Shown here in pieces: positions 35,190 to 48,912 of a stretch of DNA of 64,000 bases (position 1 is the stretch's first letter; each line of letters begins with the position of its first letter). Both the position numbers and the translations under genes were made by a program. The stretch is from Centroscyllium fabricii (lineage: Eukaryota). The stretch spans positions 142,538,001-142,602,000 of the forward strand of contig JBNRSN020000005.1 of the NCBI GenBank assembly GCA_051313645.2. Direction: 5' to 3'. The notes below the pieces were generated by a model. It worked only from the letters and a program-made list of their open reading frames with translations. It did not search any database and was not told where the DNA came from.

Positions 35190-37364
35190 GTTTATTAAAA
35201 ACAAACGATACACAAGTGAAATGTTTTATATTAGTTAAGCCAACTTCATTACTTACATTAAGTCTGACCGGAAATGATGTAGAATAGCACAGAAAGCCAA
35301 TCCATTTCTCCATGAGGTGGTGAAATTTGTGATTTTCACTCCTCTGTAGTTTTTTGTCACTTCTTTGCACCAGGCAAGCAGTGACTGAGTAGCATTTGGC
35401 TTTTTCCCCAGAACTGGACTTGGGATTGGGCTTGGCTAAGAAAAAAGGGAACATAATAGCAGCAAAGTTATGAAAATTAACACTAATTGACCGAACCAGA
35501 TGATTAGAATCTTTTGATGTCTGCTTCATTCTTTACAGCTGTCAGTTTCTGATAATCACTGCTACAGACAAGAATCACACATCATCTAAAATCCTAGCTG
35601 CTGGCACTGATCTCTAAAGCAAGCTGTCAGTACAGGACTCTAGGTATGTACACAGCAGCAAGCCAAAAACTACACCAGGTGATGTACTATCATGGCATTT
35701 CAAGGTTGAAGGCCTTTCCTATATCAGTTCCTGTTACCTATAATACAGTTGGTATATTTTGTAACCTTTTCACTTGACTATAAACTACATAATGCGAAGA
35801 TAAAGTACTGAAGATGTACCCATGCACATCATTTCTATCTGGTGTTAACCAATCTAAGCCACAACTCTTTATCTTTAAGGTAGCAAAATATATATTGTCT
35901 ACAGTGTGGAAATATTCTGTTGTAGTTTATACACAGCTTGTGCTATTAAATTTTATATACATATACTAAACAAGGTATCATACAGATAACTGCTGTGCAT
36001 TATTCAGTATTTAATTAAAAATATAATTTAGCACATCTACTTTAAAATATATTCCAGGTTTCAAAATGACTTTTTCTGTCCTCAGAGTTCATAAAATAAT
36101 GCACAAATCACTGTACCAATAAATATACAAATCACAACATAAAAACATTACTGACTGAAATGTAGTTATAGTTCCTCAGTGGGATTGTGGTAGGAAATTG
36201 CTGTTTCTATGATCATTCTAATAAAATTTAAATAAACAAAATTAAAACAGTAACAAAATAAATTCCTAAGACTAATCTTGAATGCTGCTGATGTGCTTTT
36301 AATATATGCTCCTTGTACTTTACTTTTTCCATTAGTGCAACATGTTTATTATTAAGTTTTCATTACCAAACTTTATTCTCTATTTTCAAGACCATTTAAA
36401 ATCAGTCATAATTTCTTCAAAAGACTGTGGAAGAGTAGTCAGAAAATGCAATTCACATCGAGGAAATCTGGTGCAAGTGATTCAGAATAGATGGTAAAGT
36501 AAATGGGCACTATATTCACAATGCATTATATGAATCTGAAAACATCTCAAGTCAATAAAGAAATGTTGCGATGACGATCGAGAATTAGAATATAGTTCTA
36601 GGGTTGTGAAGCTTGACAGAAACAGCTAGTAGTCAATAAATAGATTAGCAATATCAGAAAGCTCAATTCCACTTTCCATTTTATCTGGTCAGCTACTGGT
36701 TAAATTCAAACATGGTTACATAATGATTTTTGACAGTAATAAATACAAATATCAGATAACCACAGTACTTTAACTGTGAAGTAAAAGTATTCTTTAAATG
36801 TTTGACAATAGATATGTAACATCTTTTACGGAGTCATATTTTACATTTATCATTTGTGGTAGTTTAGTTTTAAAGTCGGATGGGTTCGGAGTCAGAATGA
36901 TTTGGTTCTTTTGGACATAAAACCCCCTCATATGGCCAACAAATGCTACTGCATGTTTACTGTGCTGGGTGTCAGCCCATATTCCTTTTGAATTAGCTGC
37001 GTGTCTGATGATCATATTACCTACACTGAAGCATGTTCAGTCAGGTACTTTTTCATTTTATAAATGTCAGACAAGACACGAAATAAATAAACCTAGAACA
37101 GCTATTAAATGTTCGACAATTCTGAACAGTACATCTCATCTTCTCCAATTACTAAAATAATGTTAATTCACCGACCTACACTTTATATCTATGCATTTGT
37201 TGCAGTCCACGTTCAGTTCAGCATTTTATATACACAATTAATAAGGGGAATAAATGGCAAAAAATTGGTTGCTGCAGATCAGTTCTGCATATATTGTACA
37301 CAGGGCTCTTTGTCTCAATAAGATGCTGGGTGCCTGGACATTTTTTACATATCCCAATAGTCTT

Positions 37365-37745
37365 GCAATATTCTCATCCTTGTTTTCAAATCCTTCCATG
37401 GCCTCGCCCCATCCTAGCCCTGTAACCTCCTCCAGTCCCACAACCCTCCGAGATTTCTGTGCTCCTCCAATTCCAGCCTCTTGAGCTTCCCTGATTTTCA
37501 TCGCTCCACCATGGGTGGCCGTGCCTTCAGCTGCCGAGGCCCCAAGCGCTGGAATTCCCTCCCTAAACCTCTCCGCCTCTCTACCTCAAGTCATTCCTTA
37601 AAACCTACCTCGGAGAAAACTTTTGGTCACCTGTCCTAATATCTCTTTATGTGGCGATGTGAAATTTTATTTGATAATCGCTCCTGTGAAGTGCCTTGGG
37701 ACGTTTTCCTACATTAAAAGGCGCTATATAAATGCAAGTCGTTGT
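37365..37745 (+). mobile_element. L2-like LINE 3' end
   Basis: Reverse-complement similarity to 14676-15070. Confidence 0.7.
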
Positions 37746-37769
37746 GGTTTCTGCTGCATGCAGTGCCAG

Positions 37770-39200
37770 ATAAAAAAGCAAAAAACTGCAGCTGCTGCAC
37801 ATCAGAAAAGAAACAGAAAATGCTGGAACCACTCAGCGGGTCAGTCAGCATCTATAGGTGGACAAATTAGTTGATAGGTGGGAATTTCTTGGGAGCAGGT
37901 CCTGCTGTGCCACCGTAACTTCACAGGAAATGGACGGCCCAGCTGATGTTTCAGCTGTGGTCTCTTCAGTGGGACTGGAAGATAGCCAAGATGAATAGCA
38001 TTTTAAAAAGAAACAGGAGAAAGGGAATGGGGAAGGGAAAAATCACACACATGCACACAAGAAGTGAAATGACCTGTAAATTTATTAGGTGGAAAACTGG
38101 AGATGGTTAAATGGCTTATGAGGGAAACTAAAAACATTTATGGGATACAGAGAACATCTGAATAGCTGAGGCGATGGGGATAGAAGGCAGGCAGAAACAC
38201 AAGCACGAAAAGCTGGTAAAATGGACCAGGGTCCACCGGTGAGAAGAAAAAAGCAGGTTGACACCAAGCGTGCAATGCCTCACCTGCATGATGTCCTGAC
38301 AGTGTTCAGAAAAGAAGGAAAGAGTCAGAGATGGAACACATAAAGGCAAATGATGGGAGGAAAGTTTAAACTCTGACTTCTTTCAGGGATTAGCTTTCAA
38401 CTGACATCTATTACAAACCCAACTCCCACAACTACCTGAATAATTCTTCCCTACCCCACTTTCTGTAAGGACTCTATTCCTTTCTCACAAGTTTTCCATC
38501 TCCACCACATCTGCACTGATGATGCCACCCTCCACACCAGAGCTTATGAAATGTCCTTTTTCCTCAGCCAAGGATCTTCTCCATTGTGGTAGACAAGACC
38601 CTTGACTGAGCCCAGCCCATCTTCTGTGGTTTTGCCCTTAACTGTCCCCTCACTATTGTGATAGGGTCTCCCTTGCCCTCATCTTTCACTCCCCAAACTC
38701 CACCTTTAACAGATCATCTTCCACCATTTCCGTCACTTCCAAAATGTTCCCTCTTCTTTCCTGTTTTCCAAAGGAGCTGTTCTCTATGTGACACCTTGGC
38801 TCACTCTTAATCACCCTTACCACCAGCCGTCTTTCCCCTGGCACAATCCCATACGAGCGCAAGAGATGCAACACCTGCCCATTCAGCTGCACTCACACTA
38901 CTTTCCAAGGCCCAGACACTTCAGGTGAGACAGCAATTTGCATGTACTTCCTCCAACCTAGTACATTGTATTTACTGCTCACGGTGTAGACTCCTCTGTG
39001 CTGGCAAGACCAAATGCCACCATTCCATCCTCAAGTGGGACTCTCAGCGCTTGCTTGCCAATTCAATCCCCCAACCCACTTCCACAAAGATACCCCTGCC
39101 GTTCACCATCTACACGGTGACACGGTGTTAATGAACTCAACGCAACCTTAAGGAACAGCACTGTAACTTCCCATTAGACAATTTGCCGTCCTCTAACTCC
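37770..39200 (+). mobile_element. Decayed Penelope-like element (terminal repeat, RT C-terminus, GIY-YIG)
   Basis: DIYYKP, CKDSIPFSQ, ICTDDATLHTR; RQQFACTSSNLVHCIYCSRC..GKTK; agaaaatgctgga terminal motif at ~37815. Confidence 0.65.
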
Positions 39201-39884
39201 CACTTATGCTTCAGCAGGGATTGCAGGCAGTGTAGGATGGGTGTATTTCAGGGGATCGGTGGGGAGGGGGGGGGCGGCGGGAGAAAAGAGGAGCAGGCTG
39301 GTGCTTGGGGTAGGATCCCGCTGTCGGAAACCCGTGCTGACGGGACCACCTACACTCTGCGTTAACCTGCTTTCTTCTCCCAGTCTCCTGCTTTGCCAGC
39401 TTTTTTGTGCTTCCATTTTTACTTGCTTTATTCCCAGCCCCCCTACCCGCACCCCCCACCATTGCCTCAACTATTCACATAGCTGTGTCTTGTAAATGTC
39501 TTTAATTACTCTCATTTCTTTCTTTCCTCTTTATTATGCCTCCTATTGTTTCTTGTTGGTATCACTTCAGCCACTTAACCATCTCCTGTTTTCCACTTAG
39601 GCACTTTAAGTCATTCTATTCCTTCTTGTCTGTGCGTTTACTCAGTCATTATTTCCACAATGTTTTTGAATCTCTCTGCGCATGCGCGCCCGTTGTAGAT
39701 GTCGTGTACGCGCACACAATCCGGTCATGCATGTGCAGTACCAAATGGTGCGGCAGCTGTGGCCACACTGATCCCGGCTCTGTGTGGAGAAGATCAGGAG
39801 ATTGTATGGGGTGGGGGGTGGTGGCTGGAGGGGGAAGAGAGGGCGGCGAGGAGAGGGGACCAAAGTGGGGGGAGATAGAAGAGA

Positions 39885-40430
39885 GCTCGGTGAGTGGAGA
39901 AGGCCAGGGGCTCGGTGAGGGGGGAAAGGTCAGGGGCTCGGGAGAGGAGAAGGTCAGGGGCTCGGTGAGGGGGGGGAAGGTCAGGGGCTCGGTGAGGGGG
40001 GGGAAGGTCAGGGGCTCGGTGAGGGGGGGGAAGGTCAGGGGCTCGGTGAGGGGGGGGAAGGTCAGGGGCTCGGGAGGGGGGAAGGAAGGTCAGGGGCTCG
40101 GTGAGGGGGGGGAAAGGTCAGGGGCTCGGGAGGGGGGAAGGTCAGGGGCTCGGTGAGGGGAGAAGGCCAGGGGCTCGGTGAGGGGAGAAGGTCAGGGGCT
40201 CGGTGAGGGGAGAAGGCCAGGGGCTCGGTGAGGGGAGAAGGCCAGGGGCTTGGGAGGGGGGAAGGTCAGGGGCTCGGTGAGGGGAGAAGGCCTGGGGCTC
40301 GGTGAGGGGAGAAGGCCAGGGGCTCGGTGAGGGGAGAAGGCCAGGGGCTCGGTGAGGGGAGAAGGCCAGGGGCTCGGTGAGGGGAGAAGGCCAGGGGCTC
40401 AGTGAGGGGAGAAGGCCTGGGGCTCGGGAG
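39885..40430 (+). repeat. G-rich minisatellite, ~21-23 bp unit AAGG(T/C)CAGGGGCTCGGTGAGGGG(G)n
   Basis: More than 20 consecutive units visible. Confidence 0.9.
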
Positions 40431-40953
40431 GGGGTTGAGGGGAGAACAGTGGGGAGGGGGGGAAGAACGTGATCGAGTTCCAAAAGAGTGGGGGGGGGGG
40501 GGGGGGTAATGAGAGCAAGAACATGATCCTGAAGGGAAGATAGATCACGTTCTCCCGCTCTCTGTTAGGACTGATCACGTTCTTCCACCCCCACCCCGTT
40601 TACATCTGCACCACATTCTCCCTTTCTTCCTCCCCCCGCACCCAGACCGCAGCGGTTCAAGAAGACTGCTCACTACCACCCTCTCAAGGGCAACTAGGGA
40701 TGGGCAATAAATAAATACATTACAAAAAATGAGAGCACATTCTGTGTTGGTCCTACAACATGCATAACAATACATTTGTATTATTTGTCGAACTGGACTA
40801 TTCCAATGTTCTCCTGGCCAGCCTCCCATCGACCACTCTCAAAAAACTTGGAACTCATCCAAAACTCTGCTGCAGGTATCCTAACACGCAGCAAGTCCCA
40901 TTCACCCATCACCCCTGTTTTTTGTCGCCCTGCATTGGCTCATGGTCCACTAA

Positions 40954-41108
40954 CAACATTCCTGCTAAGCTGCACAGCTGTCTGAAGGTTCCGCGCAGGC
41001 CGCTTACCGGCTTTTGAATGGGAGATTTTGCACATGCGCAAAATTTTGAATGGGCCGCACAGCCTGTTAATGGGACCGTGCACCCAAAAAGAAATTAGGG
41101 GGAACATT
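40954..41108. mobile_element. Small hAT/Tip100-like MITE inside an L2 fragment (~40780-41185)
   Basis: Ends CAACATTCCTGCTAA / TTAGGGGGAACATTA; L2-like sequence resumes on both sides. Confidence 0.45.
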
Positions 41109-41269
41109 ATTCACCAACATCTTGACTTTAAAATTCTCATCCTCATGTTAAAATCCCTCCATGGCCTCACCCCTTCCAATCTGAACTCGGCAGTGTAAGC
41201 ACTCCTAACCCGGGAGGGTGAGCTCTGTGTTACCCCTGTGAGCTCTGGAGCCTGGCTGTCAGAATGAAT

Positions 41270-41356
41270 GGATCAAATTATACATTGCAAAGATCTTGCA
41301 GTCAGGATCAAATTATACATTGCAAAGATCTTGCAGTCAGGATCAAATTATACATT
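41270..41356. repeat. 35-bp tandem repeat (~2.5 copies)
   Basis: ggatcaaattatacattgcaaagatcttgcagtca repeated. Confidence 0.85.
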
Positions 41357-42524
41357 CCAGACAAATTGTTGGGTGTGTCTTGTCCTCCAAGGGGACCAAT
41401 CAGAAATGTGGTACTGCAAATACATACGACTGTGTTCACTTTGTTCTCTCCACCTTCTCTTTGTTCTATTTCTTTTTAAATGTGTTAATCTGGAATATTT
41501 TCCAGATCTGACAAAGGTCCACACCTGCAACATTAACTCTTCTGTTCACTCCACAATGCAGCATTTAACATCTACATGAAAATACACGTAAATATACCAA
41601 AGTTACTGTACATAAGAAACTCGCTCTTTAAAAAAAACTAATCTCAGTGTTACCTATAGCACTAAATTTTCAAATGAATAAACAATGTTCAGTAATTAAC
41701 AGTAATGCTAAATTTTAAAAGTCCATATTCAAATGGTAATATTCCAGCTTTTTTTCCATTGGCTAAATTTTTTATTTGAAATTTATATTCTTGTCGTAGT
41801 TCTACATTCGTCAGCAACTATGAGCTAAGTTGCTTCGGTCCTCTCCCCACCCCAATACAATGTAGCTGATGCAAATTAGGAATCTAAAATAAAATATCTA
41901 TCACCATCAGAAGACAGTAACAGGACTGTGTTTAATTTGGAATGAGGGACTCTTAGTTACCCTAATAAGAAATATCTTTAAGTATTTCTGATTCTGACAA
42001 AAAACAATGGCCCTGAATTTGTGGTCGGAGGCTTCCCGCAGGAAAATGCCTTCGATCCGCAAATAAAATGCCCGCATACCTGGTGGTCCGGGAGGTATCG
42101 AGCCTTGTAGTCCTGCACCTCTCTGGGTACCCGAGGGTAGAGGCCCATGTATCCCAGGGGCACAGGTGGTTCGCAAGCGCCCCTGGGATCACGTGGGCCA
42201 GTCCAACCAATGAAAGATGGGAATCCATATTCATGCTTATGGGGATTCCGTATGTACGGAAACTTCATAAGCATGAATGGGAATACCCCCAAAAATATAT
42301 CTACACATCAAATAAATAAATAAAAATTACATATTTAAAATTAATTAAAATGCCATTCAATTGAATATGTAAAACGAAAACTTAATTTTTTGAAAAATAA
42401 CTTTAAATGTTTTAAAGGGCTAAAAATAAACTTAACTTACTGTACAGTTTTTTTAATGTATAAATGATTGAAATTAAAAAAAAATCTTACGCTGGCAAAA
42501 GCAGGTCTTATGCTTCAGGCGCCG

Positions 42525-43187
42525 CAGGCGGTTAAAAAGGCAAATGGTATGTTGGCCTTTATATCAAGAGGGTTTGAGTATAGGAATAGGGATGTCTTGC
42601 TGCAGCTGTACAGGGCCTTGGTGAGGCCACACCTTGAGTATTGTGTGCAGTTTTGGTCGCCTCATCTGTGGAAGGATGTTCTTGCCATGGAGGGAGTGCA
42701 GCGACGATTCACCAGGCTGATACCTGGGATGGCAGGAATGACGTATGAGGAGAGATTGTGTAGTCTGGGCTTGTACTCGCTGGAGTTTAGAAGATTAAGA
42801 GGGGATCTCATCGAGACTTATAAAATTCTGGCAGGCCTGGACAGGTTAGATGCAGAAAGGATGTTTCCGATGGCGGGGGAGTCCAGAACCAGGGGGCATA
42901 GTCTAAGGATAAGGGGTAAGCCATTTGGGACCGAGATGAGGAGGAAATTCTTCACACAGAGAGTGGTGAACCTGTGGAATTCTTTGCCACAGAGGGCGGT
43001 GGAGGCTGGTTCATTGAATATATTCAAGAGGGAACTGGATATATTTCTTCAGGCTAAAGGGATTAAGGGATATGGGGAGAAGGCAGGGACGGGGTACTGA
43101 ACTTGTAAGATCAGCCATGATCTCGTTAAATGGCGGAGCAGGCTCAAAGGGCCGAATGGCCTACTCCTGCTCCTATCTTCTATGTTA
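42525..43187 (+). mobile_element. CR1 LINE 3' fragment
   Basis: KKANGMLAFI..RPHLEYCVQFWSP..FTQRVVNLWNSLP, then CR1 tail. Confidence 0.9.
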
Positions 43188-43228
43188 CAGAAAGTATTTG
43201 TTTCATAGTCAGATTCTAAATGATTATA

Positions 43229-44271
43229 CAGGTTCAGGTTGTGCACCATTAATCCGCCACGGGCGGGACCAGGCCCGTGCCGGGAAACTGAAAAAACCGG
43301 GAGAACGAAGTTGGACACTGCGCATGCGCGCACCATTCAAAATGGCCGTGCGCATGCGCACAACATTGGGAATGGCTGGCGCGCGCATGCGCAGATCATC
43401 CAATAATGGCCGCCGCGAAGTTTTTTGAGGGGCTCAGGCTTGTGTGGCATTCCGTTTGCCTTTTAGGGCTGTCGGGCAGCAGTGAAAGGCCGGTCTTGCA
43501 GGGGGGGAAGGAGGGTTGTGCGGGCGCGGGTCGGGCCCAGTAGGTCCGCCTTCCCTCTCCATCGCCTTTGGGGTTGCTGCTGCCGCCGAGCCGGACTCAG
43601 GCTGACAGCTGTTGCCTGGTGACTGTCCGCCTCAGTCACGGGGCTCAGCTGTCGAGAAAATAACCGGCGGCCGTATTGAATTATCTGCGCATGCGCTAGC
43701 CGTCCGGCGACGCATGCGCAGATCATTCCAAACACCCGGCAGCCGTTTTGAATGATCTGCGCATGCGCTCGCCGTTCAGCGGCGCATGCGCAGATCATTC
43801 GCCGAAGCCGCGATGGCGGCTGCCATCTTGCGCATGCGCACTGCAGTCGGGGCAATTTGTGCCGGCAGACTGAAGCTGCCGGCTTTTCGGGACACGGATT
43901 TTCGGTGCACAACCTGTACCCGATCCCTTATCCGCAACTCCAAAAACCGAAAAGCTCCAAAAACCGAAATCCCGAGTTGCGCCAAAATAACCATTTTTTT
44001 CTTAAATAAATTGAAGGAAGTGACCAGCTGCAGCAGAAAAAATATGTTTTTACCATGATGCCGTGCGGTTGATGCCGTGCTGAGGAAATAAACGGCCGAT
44101 ATGCCATTCCAAACGGCCGATATGCCGTTCCACGAGTGCGCACTGGGCTGCAAACACGGCAATGCGCATGCGATCTGCGCATGCGCACTGGACAAAATCT
44201 AAAAACCGAAAAATCCCGAAAACCGAGACCTGCCCAGTCCCGAGGTTTTCTGATAAAGGGTTGTGTACCTG
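43229..44271. mobile_element. Tc1/mariner (Tigger-like) MITE with a second MITE nested in its left TIR
   Basis: TA-flanked; left TIR CAGGT|..|ACCCGATCCCTTATC matches the right TGATAAAGGGTTGTGTACCTG once 43235-43916 is removed. Confidence 0.65.
43235..43916. mobile_element. Tc1/mariner-type MITE rich in GCGCATGCGC
   Basis: TIRs CAGGTTGTGCACC / GGTGCACAACCTG followed by TA. Confidence 0.75.
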
Positions 44272-44637
44272 TACTATTAAAATGTGGATATTAATTTGCC
44301 CTCAAAATGTTATTTTATTTCTATTTTAGTACACAGGAACATATGGCCAGGGCAACCAAGATATTGTATTTATATCTCCACAAGTATTGCTGGAAAAAAT
44401 TACATGAGCAACAAAGTCATGAGTAGAAACACAAGTCATATTTCTTGGCTGGCTTCAACATACTCAGACTTTAGCACACATTTAGATATTATACTCTTTA
44501 GCTACTGGAGTTGGTGGGAAAATATTCCAGTTACAGCGACATCACAAGTATTAAAATATAATTCCGCACCTCTGGCATAAATAGAAATATTAATTAGGAA
44601 CATTAGTATTTCATACTAAGCTGTACTACTATTACAG

Positions 44638-44947
44638 CAGCGGTCCCCAACCTTTTTTGCACCACGGACCAGTTTCATGCAGGACAATTTTTCCACGGAC
44701 CGGGGGGGAAGAATTAGCTTGTGGGCTTAATTTATCGGTGCATGGAAAGAAACTGCGACTGAGACAAGTGCGGAAAAGAGGCAGACGGAAGTGGTCATTT
44801 TTCAAAATAAAACACCCTGCAGACTGCGATAGTCAATAAAATGGAAATAAAATAAAAATTAAAACGTTTTTATTCTTTCTGTGTGGCCCGGTACCAAATG
44901 ATCCATGGCCCGGTGCCGGTCCGCGGCCCGGTAATTGGGGACCCCTG
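44638..44947. mobile_element. hAT (Charlie/MER1-like) MITE
   Basis: TIRs CAGCGGTCCCCAA / TTGGGGACCCCTG; 8-bp TSD TATTACAG / CATTACAG. Confidence 0.82.
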
Positions 44948-44968
44948 CATTACAGGGTATTACTATTA

Positions 44969-45480
44969 CAGGTTGAGCACCGTTAATCCGGACACCGTTT
45001 GTCTGGCAACTTCAAACATCCGGCACGAATCTGGCTGACTGGTGCACGCATGCGCAAAATGGCTGCCACGCTTGGCTGCGCATGCCCAGGCCTCTGCCCG
45101 ACTGCCCTGCGCATGCACAAAATGGCCACCGCGCGTAGCTGTGCATGCCCGGGCCTCCCCGATTGGTCTGCGCATGCGCAATATGGCCGCCGCGCTTGGC
45201 TGCACATGCCCAGGCCTCTGCCTGACTGCCCTGCGCATGCGCAAAATGGCCGCTGCACGTGGCTGCGCATGCCCGTGCCTCCCCGACTGGTCTGCGCATG
45301 CGCAATATGGCTGCTGCACTTGGCTGCGCATGCCTGGGCCTCTCCCCGAACGATTGATGCTTCGGCGAGCGCATGCGCAGCCCATTCAAAATTTTGTGGC
45401 GGCCATTTTGAATGGTCTGCGCATGCGCTCGCCGAACTTCAATCATTCGGAGTTTTCAAAAATTCGGCACGGTCCTGGCC
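44969..45480. mobile_element. Truncated copy of the GCGCATGCGC-rich MITE with ~60-bp internal tandem repeats
   Basis: TA-CAGGTTGAGCACCGTTAATCCG terminus; repeats of gcgcatgcgcaaaatggc..ggctgcgcatgccc. Confidence 0.7.
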
Positions 45481-45589
45481 CCTCAGCTACCTTGTCCCAG
45501 TACCCATGCATGATGCCCCAGTGCCCATACGTGATGCCTAATCGTTGAGAGGCTATCACAGCTAAGATCGATTCTGCCCTGAACTGGCT

Positions 45590-45790
45590 ACCACATACAA
45601 ACCCTTCCAGCAGGGGTCACCAAATAAGTATCAGGAGTGGGAATCCTACCCCATTTCCCCACGCCTAATCAAGCACTGCGGAGACAAACTGCAACTTCCC
45701 CACTCCTGCCCCAACTGAGATCAGTTAACTCAGCACAGTCCGGGCTCAATCCAGAGACATTCCTCATTCGTATGGTTCAGCTGCTCATTG
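45590..45790 (-). mobile_element. SINE-like repeat (related copies at ~49690-49930 and ~61810-62110 on +)
   Basis: Shared motif tgtgctgagtta.ctgatctcag ... cctgctggaa in three places. Confidence 0.5.
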
Positions 45791-47594
45791 CACAAACTCA
45801 CTGAATAGCAAAGGAGCCAGACAAACACAATCTAATCCAAAAGATAACAGAAAGAACAAGTCCATGGAGCAGACACCTGTACTGAGCACATCTAATGCCA
45901 TCAGAATATGCCCCAAGACAGAGAAGATATCCAGATTTCATTCGAGTTAACAGGGCAAACTGAACTGCAGCATCTAATCTGTTAGCAAATAACTGATTGT
46001 AAGATAACCCAATTCTTATGAAACTAAACAGTTTTTCTATTGCTTGGCCATATATAACAGTGTAATGCAAGTCTATTTACAAGGTTAATAATAGACTCCT
46101 ATATTGTAAGCCAGTGGTTATCAAACCTTTCTGTTTCTGGACTCTCTGCAAATACTGACACACTCCCATGGGCCCCTGGGAAATACTAATACACTACTGC
46201 AAACACTGGCATAATCCTGGCAATCTGGTGCAAATATTGGCACAGTCCCAGAGATTCCCTATATATATATATATTGGCACAGTCCTGGGGATTCACTGAT
46301 TTTCTCCAGGGCTAGGGATTCCAGTTAGAAAATTTATGCTGTAAACAATATAGTCTCACTGCCAGAAAGACTACTGCTCTCCGCTCTCTGTCAACCAAAG
46401 CAGCAGGCAGTAGAAAACAGTTTTTATAGTGAATCATTTACATTGCAGAACCTCTCCAAGAAATAGTTTCATAATATTGGTTGAAACTCCTATCGTATTG
46501 CTGTGGAATCTGCTCATTTATTCCATAGCATCAGCGCTGCAGTTGTATTAAGTTGCGAGCTGGGACACAATTTTTCGCTGGCCAATGGCAAATGAAGGTA
46601 CTGTACATACAAGTTTATGGAGCAAAACCACATAGGTAGGTTATATGGGTAGGCTGAGCCACTCAGTTACCATTAAGCCATTAACTGCACTGGTGAAAGT
46701 CACCCCTTTAGGATAGGCCTGTCATCCCTGCTGTCTCTTCTACTTTACAACACTACCAACGAAACTGGAGCTGCATTTAGTGGCACTGCTTCAAGATAAA
46801 TGCAGCATAAGATGACGCATTTTGATCTGGACGCCACAAATAAGATTTAGAGGTAAAGGCTACAATCATTCTGCCAGCAACTTGAAGCACACACACAGCA
46901 CAGGTGATAGATTGCAAAAATAGTAAAGTTCTAAATGTAAAATATTTTGATACAAACCTCTATTAATAGTAATTCTACATTTCAAAAAAATGAAGTAATT
47001 TTCTTTCATTCACTGAAAATCTTTGCCAGCCTACATTCAACAGAATTAAAATTTTAAGTTACAATGCTGGCGTTTAAGTTTTCCAGTCTATTCAGTCTTA
47101 GCAAATGGCTTCATAATAAGGGATTCTCAAAAATATTTCAAAAAGCATATATATGTGTGAGATCTTGTCTGAATTTGCTGTAACTGGGTGGTTAACAATA
47201 GCTACAGGCTGCTGGACATGCTACTTATTGCAGTCCAGAATTCAGGTACATATCTACATATGCCAAAACGTACAACTTATATAAAATTGAGAAAATAACA
47301 TTAACCTCAGTGTACATGCAAATTAACAGAGGGATTTACTGTGCTGTAGCAGATGACAGTCCAGATATCAACAACAGTGAAGTCATTGAAGTGTCACATG
47401 TGCCTCTGGTAGATGTGCACATCACCAACACAGTGATGTGCAGACCTACCAATTTTACAGCCACCTTTAGAAGTGGGACTGCATTCAATCGCATGGTAAA
47501 CACAATGGCCTGGAATTTCTGTTCGGTTGCGCTGGTCTTTCGGTGCAATTCGCCCAAAAGATCGTGGAATTTTAACCACAAATTGCATTCAGCG

Positions 47595-48095
47595 CAATAA
47601 GACACCAACACCGTGGCTGCCCGTACTTGCAAACATCGCACCACCACACCTACGCCGCAACTATGCAATCTCTGGAGAAAACCGCTACACCAGGAAAGAC
47701 ATGCCGATCCAGGCTGACTTGAACAACCTACCACCAACCTGTCTCAAATCTAGAAGGCCATTTTGGATCATCACCAAAGCCCTTCAGCGATCTCCCCTCA
47801 GCCTTGATGACCGATGTGGAAATGCTTGGAGGAACTATGACATACGGAATGGATTCCTTATAGAGGGCCCCACAGCACAACCTGAAGGATCAAACCTTCC
47901 TCGCAAACAGTGGACAACCATCAACCGCCTTAGAACCAGTCATGTTAGATGCTGCCACCTTCTCCATAGATGGAAGATTAAAACATCCCCATCATGCGAC
48001 TGTGGAGCACATCATCGAGCACTGCCCTCAGACAAGATATCCACGCTGTTACACCGGAAGCTTTGGCCTGGATATCTGATTTAGATGTTGACATT
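47595..48095 (+). mobile_element. Vingi/Ingi-like LINE 3' fragment
   Basis: TPTPWLPVLANIAPPHLRR ... LPRKQWTTINRLRTSH.RC..LLHRW..SPSCDCG; clade assignment from motif recall. Confidence 0.55.
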
Positions 48096-48759
48096 TGATT
48101 TGCTTTGCTAGTAGAAGAAGAAGAAACAGCGCAACTAGAGTTTGTTATCTTTTGCGCTAGTTTAAAAAACATCGTGCTAAAAGCTGGCCCTGCCCACAAA
48201 ACTGGCCATGCCCCCAGATCAAATGAATCACCATTGGGAGTTTCCGCAAACTATGCTCATTTGCGGGCCTTCGTGGTGGCTCTAAAAATTAAGCTGGTTT
48301 GTTTGGGCACAAGAACACGAATAGAAACTTTTTTAAAGCTTTTGAATTTTTAAAATTTTTCTAAGAGACTGTACCCCAATATAACTAGCAAATGGTTCTG
48401 TATACAGTATTTCTTTAAAGTCATTTTCTGTAATTTAAAATCAGGTTACTCACAAGTGGTGGATTGACAGAGCGATTCAAAATGCTTATTTTTTGTGATA
48501 AACCCATTTTCAGCTGCATTCATTAAAATGCAACAAGTTACCACTCTTAAATATATCAAGGAGTATTTTTTTTCAAAGCAATTTTTTTTTTAAACAAAGT
48601 TTTAAAACGCTGTCCAATTGCGCTGGTTCATGGCAGATTTTCTGTTCGGCAATATGTAAATAAGTGAGTTAGAACCTAAGGGGAAAAAAATTATTCAAAA
48701 TGGGTGCAATTTGTGCCCGTTTCACCGACTGCGGTCAAAGCGGAAACTCTACCCTCTAC

Positions 48760-48912
48760 TATAGATAGATTTTTGGACTCTAGGGGAAATCAAGGGATGT
48801 GGAGATCAGGCAGGGACGTGGAGTTGAGGTCGATGATCAGCCATGACCGTATTGAATGGCAGAGCAGGCTCGAGGGGCCGTTTGGCCTACTCCTGCTCCT
48901 AATTCTTATGAG
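48760..48912 (+). mobile_element. CR1 3' tail fragment
   Basis: gatcagccatgaccgtattgaatggcagagcaggctcgaggggcc..ggcctactcctgctcct. Confidence 0.75.

Noticed and set aside
35155-37015. Short ORFs as host exons (also 45798-46070 and 47310-47600)
   Set aside because: No recognisable protein motifs or convincing paired splice signals
39536-45548. Long ORFs over the minisatellite and GCGCATGCGC arrays
   Set aside because: Low-complexity products of GC-rich repeats that are open in several frames on both strands
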